From positions 2,170,001-2,234,000 of the forward strand of contig MU053758.1 in NCBI GenBank assembly GCA_013239625.1: DNA of 64,000 nt, given 5' to 3'. Of the stretch, positions 62,400-64,000 are shown piece by piece. A program made the position numbers and the translations under genes. The notes beneath the pieces are model-generated. The model saw only the letters and a program-made list of their open reading frames with translations. It ran no database searches and was not told the origin of the DNA. Within the stretch, counting starts at the first letter, position 1, and every line of letters begins with the position of its first letter. Source of the stretch: Lama guanicoe (taxonomy: Eukaryota).

Positions 62400-62750
62400 T
62401 CACTTATCTAGAGTAACAGAATTCCCAGTTTTTAGCCAGCACATGGCTGTGTGGAAAGAAGACTATTTCCCCTGTAGTCAATGGGATGTAAGAAAAAGTG
62501 ATGTGTGTGCCTCTTCTTTACTCCTTCCTCAATTCTGCTGTTTTAAATGTGATTTAGATGACTTAACTCCATCTTGTATCCTGAAGTTGAAGGCCTTAGT
62601 TTAAAGATAAGCAGAAAACTAGAAAAAGCCTGCAGATGATTGCAGAGACATCATGCCTCTGGACTTTTGTATCAGAGAAAAATAAATTTCTATCATATTT
62701 AAGCCACTTTTAATTTGGGTCTCTGTTGTAAGCAGCTAAATTTACTAATA
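62400..62750 (+). mobile_element. Old MLT1-like LTR fragment
   Basis: tctggactttt...gagaaaaataaatttctat..tatttaagccact...ttgggtctctgtt...agcagctaaa ending. Confidence 0.55.
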
Positions 62751-63819
62751 TAGTTTTTTAGAAGAATGTATTTTTTAAAAGATAATCTTTTGTTTCGCAA
62801 AATGAAAAAATAAAGGGTTTTGGAGATTGGTTACACAATACTGTGTCTTGCATACTTGACAATGGTTATGATGGCAAATTTTAAAGTTTAAAAATGAAAG
62901 TTTTTTTCCTCCACATTTTAACATTTCTGAATTTAGGAAACATCTTACAATTAAAATCAGAAACTTTTTTGTGGTGTATAAAATAATGGTATATTTTATA
63001 ATCCACAGCAACTTTTAATTACATACAGTAAGTAAAATATAACCAACAGGAAGAAAACAGAACTAAAATAGAACTAAATAGACCATTTGCTGCTTCTCCT
63101 CAAACAGGCTCTGTGCTTTTTGTTCATGCAATCTTCTACACAGCACCTTTGCAACCAAACTTGTCTGTTCTGTCATCAGAAATAATTAACGTCCAGTGGA
63201 CATGCTATCTATGTTGTGAAGCCTTTCAAAATCTCCCAAACTGGATTTGATTATTCCTTCTCCTCTGAAACCCCAAAGCACCCTGGTCTGATGTGGTGTC
63301 CATTATATCAGACTGTAAGCTCTGAGATGAAAGGGCCCTGTCTGTTTAGTTCACCACAGTAGTCAGAAACCAACACAATGCCTAGAAATTCCTGAACAAA
63401 TGAAATGTTATTTCTACTACAGTATCTGGAAATACTCCTCCTGTCTGTAAATTCCCAACAGTATTCTGTGGTTTTTTCACTGTGCCTCTATAGCAAAGTG
63501 CCTTGGAAGGGAGGGTGGTGGGGAGAGAGGGCAGGAGGGAGGGAGGAAAGAAGAAAGGATGGGAGAGAGGAAGGGAGGGAATTTAATAAACTGAACACTA
63601 CCCTAAATTTAGCAAACAACATGCAAATAACATCAGCACAACAACAGACTGAATACCATCATCACAAAAAATGATTAAAATAGTTAAAGAAAGATAAGTT
63701 TGGAGATTCGGCTTATGGCCCATTTATTTCAAGGGATATGAGCTACATTACATTCCTTGTTTAAAAAAAAGTGGTAATAATAGCTAAGTTTTCACCATTA
63801 TGGAATTTCATGTATATAT

Positions 63820-64000
63820 GCATTTTAAACAGTTTTATTATGGCATAACTCACGTACAATAAAATTCACTGGTTTTAAATGTACATTTCAACACTGTTTA
63901 GTTAATCTATAAAGCTGTGCAACCATCACTTACAATTCAGGGTTTTTTTTTATATTCACTAGCTTGTTTCATTTTTTAGATTCCACATATAAGTGATATC
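63820..64000 (-). mobile_element. L1 3' end (runs off the window)
   Basis: acagttttatt..gcataactcac.tacaataaaattcac...ttagattccacatataagtgat. Confidence 0.7.

Noticed and set aside
1..64000. CRISPR arrays, rRNA, operons or other prokaryotic systems
   Set aside because: The sequence is mammalian; no regularly spaced repeats or such genes were seen.

Overview
Mammalian genomic DNA, most likely camelid, judged from repeated ~100-150 bp tRNA-derived SINEs resembling the camelid Vic-1 family. Two multi-exon genes lie tail-to-tail. (1) Minus strand: FBXL20 (SCRAPPER) coding exons 2-15, 59040 down to 14663. All 14 junction pairs are GT-AG and in frame, giving 422 codons plus stop and ending in the CaaX motif CIIL. 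Exon 1 is beyond the window, and a long 3' UTR probably runs to ~7750. (2) Plus strand: the last 10 exons (1828-5743, 306 aa plus stop) of an intact but strongly divergent CP2/LSF-family transcription factor, with the C-terminal half of the DNA-binding domain, an SP-rich linker, a SAM-like domain and a C-terminal domain. It is not TFCP2, UBP1 or TFCP2L1 as I remember those sequences. It sits convergent to FBXL20 just as UBP1 sits convergent to FBXL2, which suggests a fourth LSF ohnolog. It naturally carries Leu at the position of LSF Q234, one of the two substitutions in the engineered dominant-negative LSF. The rest is intronic: L1, SINE, MIR/L2, MLT and MER relics, including a multi-layer nested insertion with readable target-site duplications. 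All family comparisons are from memory; no searches were run.
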